Assembly: GCA_040285855.1 (NCBI GenBank)
Contig: JAUFOQ010000017.1
Location: 806,001 to 870,000 of the forward strand
From: Eukaryota sp. GEM-RC1
Lineage: Eukaryota
Direction of reading: 5' to 3'
Length of the DNA stretch: 64,000 bases
Part shown: positions 63,335 to 64,000 of the stretch, one piece after another
Numbering within the stretch: the stretch's first letter is position 1
Layout: every line of letters begins with the position of its first letter
Notes under the pieces: model-generated
The model's input: the letters and a program-made list of their open reading frames with translations, nothing else
Database searches by the model: none
What the model was told of the DNA's origin: nothing
Made by a program: the position numbers and the translations under genes

Positions 63335-64000
63335 TAGAGATGGGAGCCGGCTAAATTTAGCCGGCTCAGCCAACTAGCCGAGCCAGCCGGCTGTCCCAAA
63401 TTGGAAATATTTCCAGCTGCAAGCCGGCTGGCTCAAATAACTTTTAGCCGGCTCAAGCCGATTATTGAAATTTCATTTTTGACAGCTGAAATATTTATAA
63501 TTCGTTCATGAATTGATACAAACATAACATTGCAGGACATTAAATATTAAAACTAAAGAATTTCTATAAAAATAATCTTTATCAACATTAGCACAATAAT
63601 CAGCAGTTTACATTCTTCACATCAATTTGCAATGGACATTACTTTGGTCTCTGACAATGAAGAACCTATAGAAGTATCTCAAAGCAACTCTTCCAACGAC
63701 ATAGTTTCCTTAGAACTCCTCAAGCCTCTTCCCAAAGATATTGCTCCTTTCTTCCAACAGGCGGCCAAGAAACTCCCAAATGGTGATATAGAAGTGCGTA
63801 CTGAAACCATCGAATGTAAATTTTGTGTCTCTAAGCGCTACAAGTCATCGACAGCCACAGGTAACTTGCGTTCTCATGTGAGAAAGCACCATAATAAGCT
63901 CTATGAATCTGAAGTTCCTCCCCTTAAAAAGAGTCGACAAATAACTGAATATCTTCAGCCAACAGAACGCTCCTTCAAAAAAGATCCAAGTGGAGTAATT
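63335..64000 (+). mobile_element. Second, near-identical copy of the 57828 hAT element (runs off the window end)
   Basis: Starts TAGAGATGGGAGCCGGCT; same sequence as 57828 onward except 17 extra bp in the AGCC subterminal array; BED-finger ORF starts at 63632. Confidence 0.96.

Overview
AT-rich, intron-poor eukaryotic (protist-like) DNA. A few host genes (DCC1, a Sec8/EXOC4-like exocyst subunit, DPM3 with two 26-29 nt introns, two paralogous LRR genes) lie among many transposon remnants: CRE/SLACS-like non-LTR fragments, Ty3/gypsy fragments, and several hAT and TA-flanked MITE families. Two loci stand out. (1) At 7.1-30.8 kb (-) a chain of frameshifted ORFs joins into one ~7,900-aa surface protein with a signal peptide, ~18.6 near-identical 768-bp (256-aa) repeats, IPT/TIG-like and Cys-rich modules and a multi-TM tail. 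(2) At 54.2-63.3 kb is an accessory island whose minus-strand ORFs join, after removing a 1,384-bp hAT insertion (8-bp TSD, frame restored exactly) and adding one base at four homopolymer runs, into a ~1,700-aa reading frame: leader + 2A ribosomal-skip motif, Ulp1/C48 protease, linker, Fanzor (TnpB-like RuvC, all three catalytic acids present), zinc knuckle. Two in-frame TAA codons remain in the Fanzor part. A GU-biased structured omegaRNA candidate lies directly downstream and a duplicated ~75-nt hairpin upstream. A second, divergent Ulp1 gene and a MazG-like pyrophosphatase flank it. Two more 2A-like motifs occur in decayed ORFs at the window start. Most frameshifts look like long-read homopolymer errors, so gene joins need read-level confirmation. 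All family calls come from motif recognition by eye; no database search was run.
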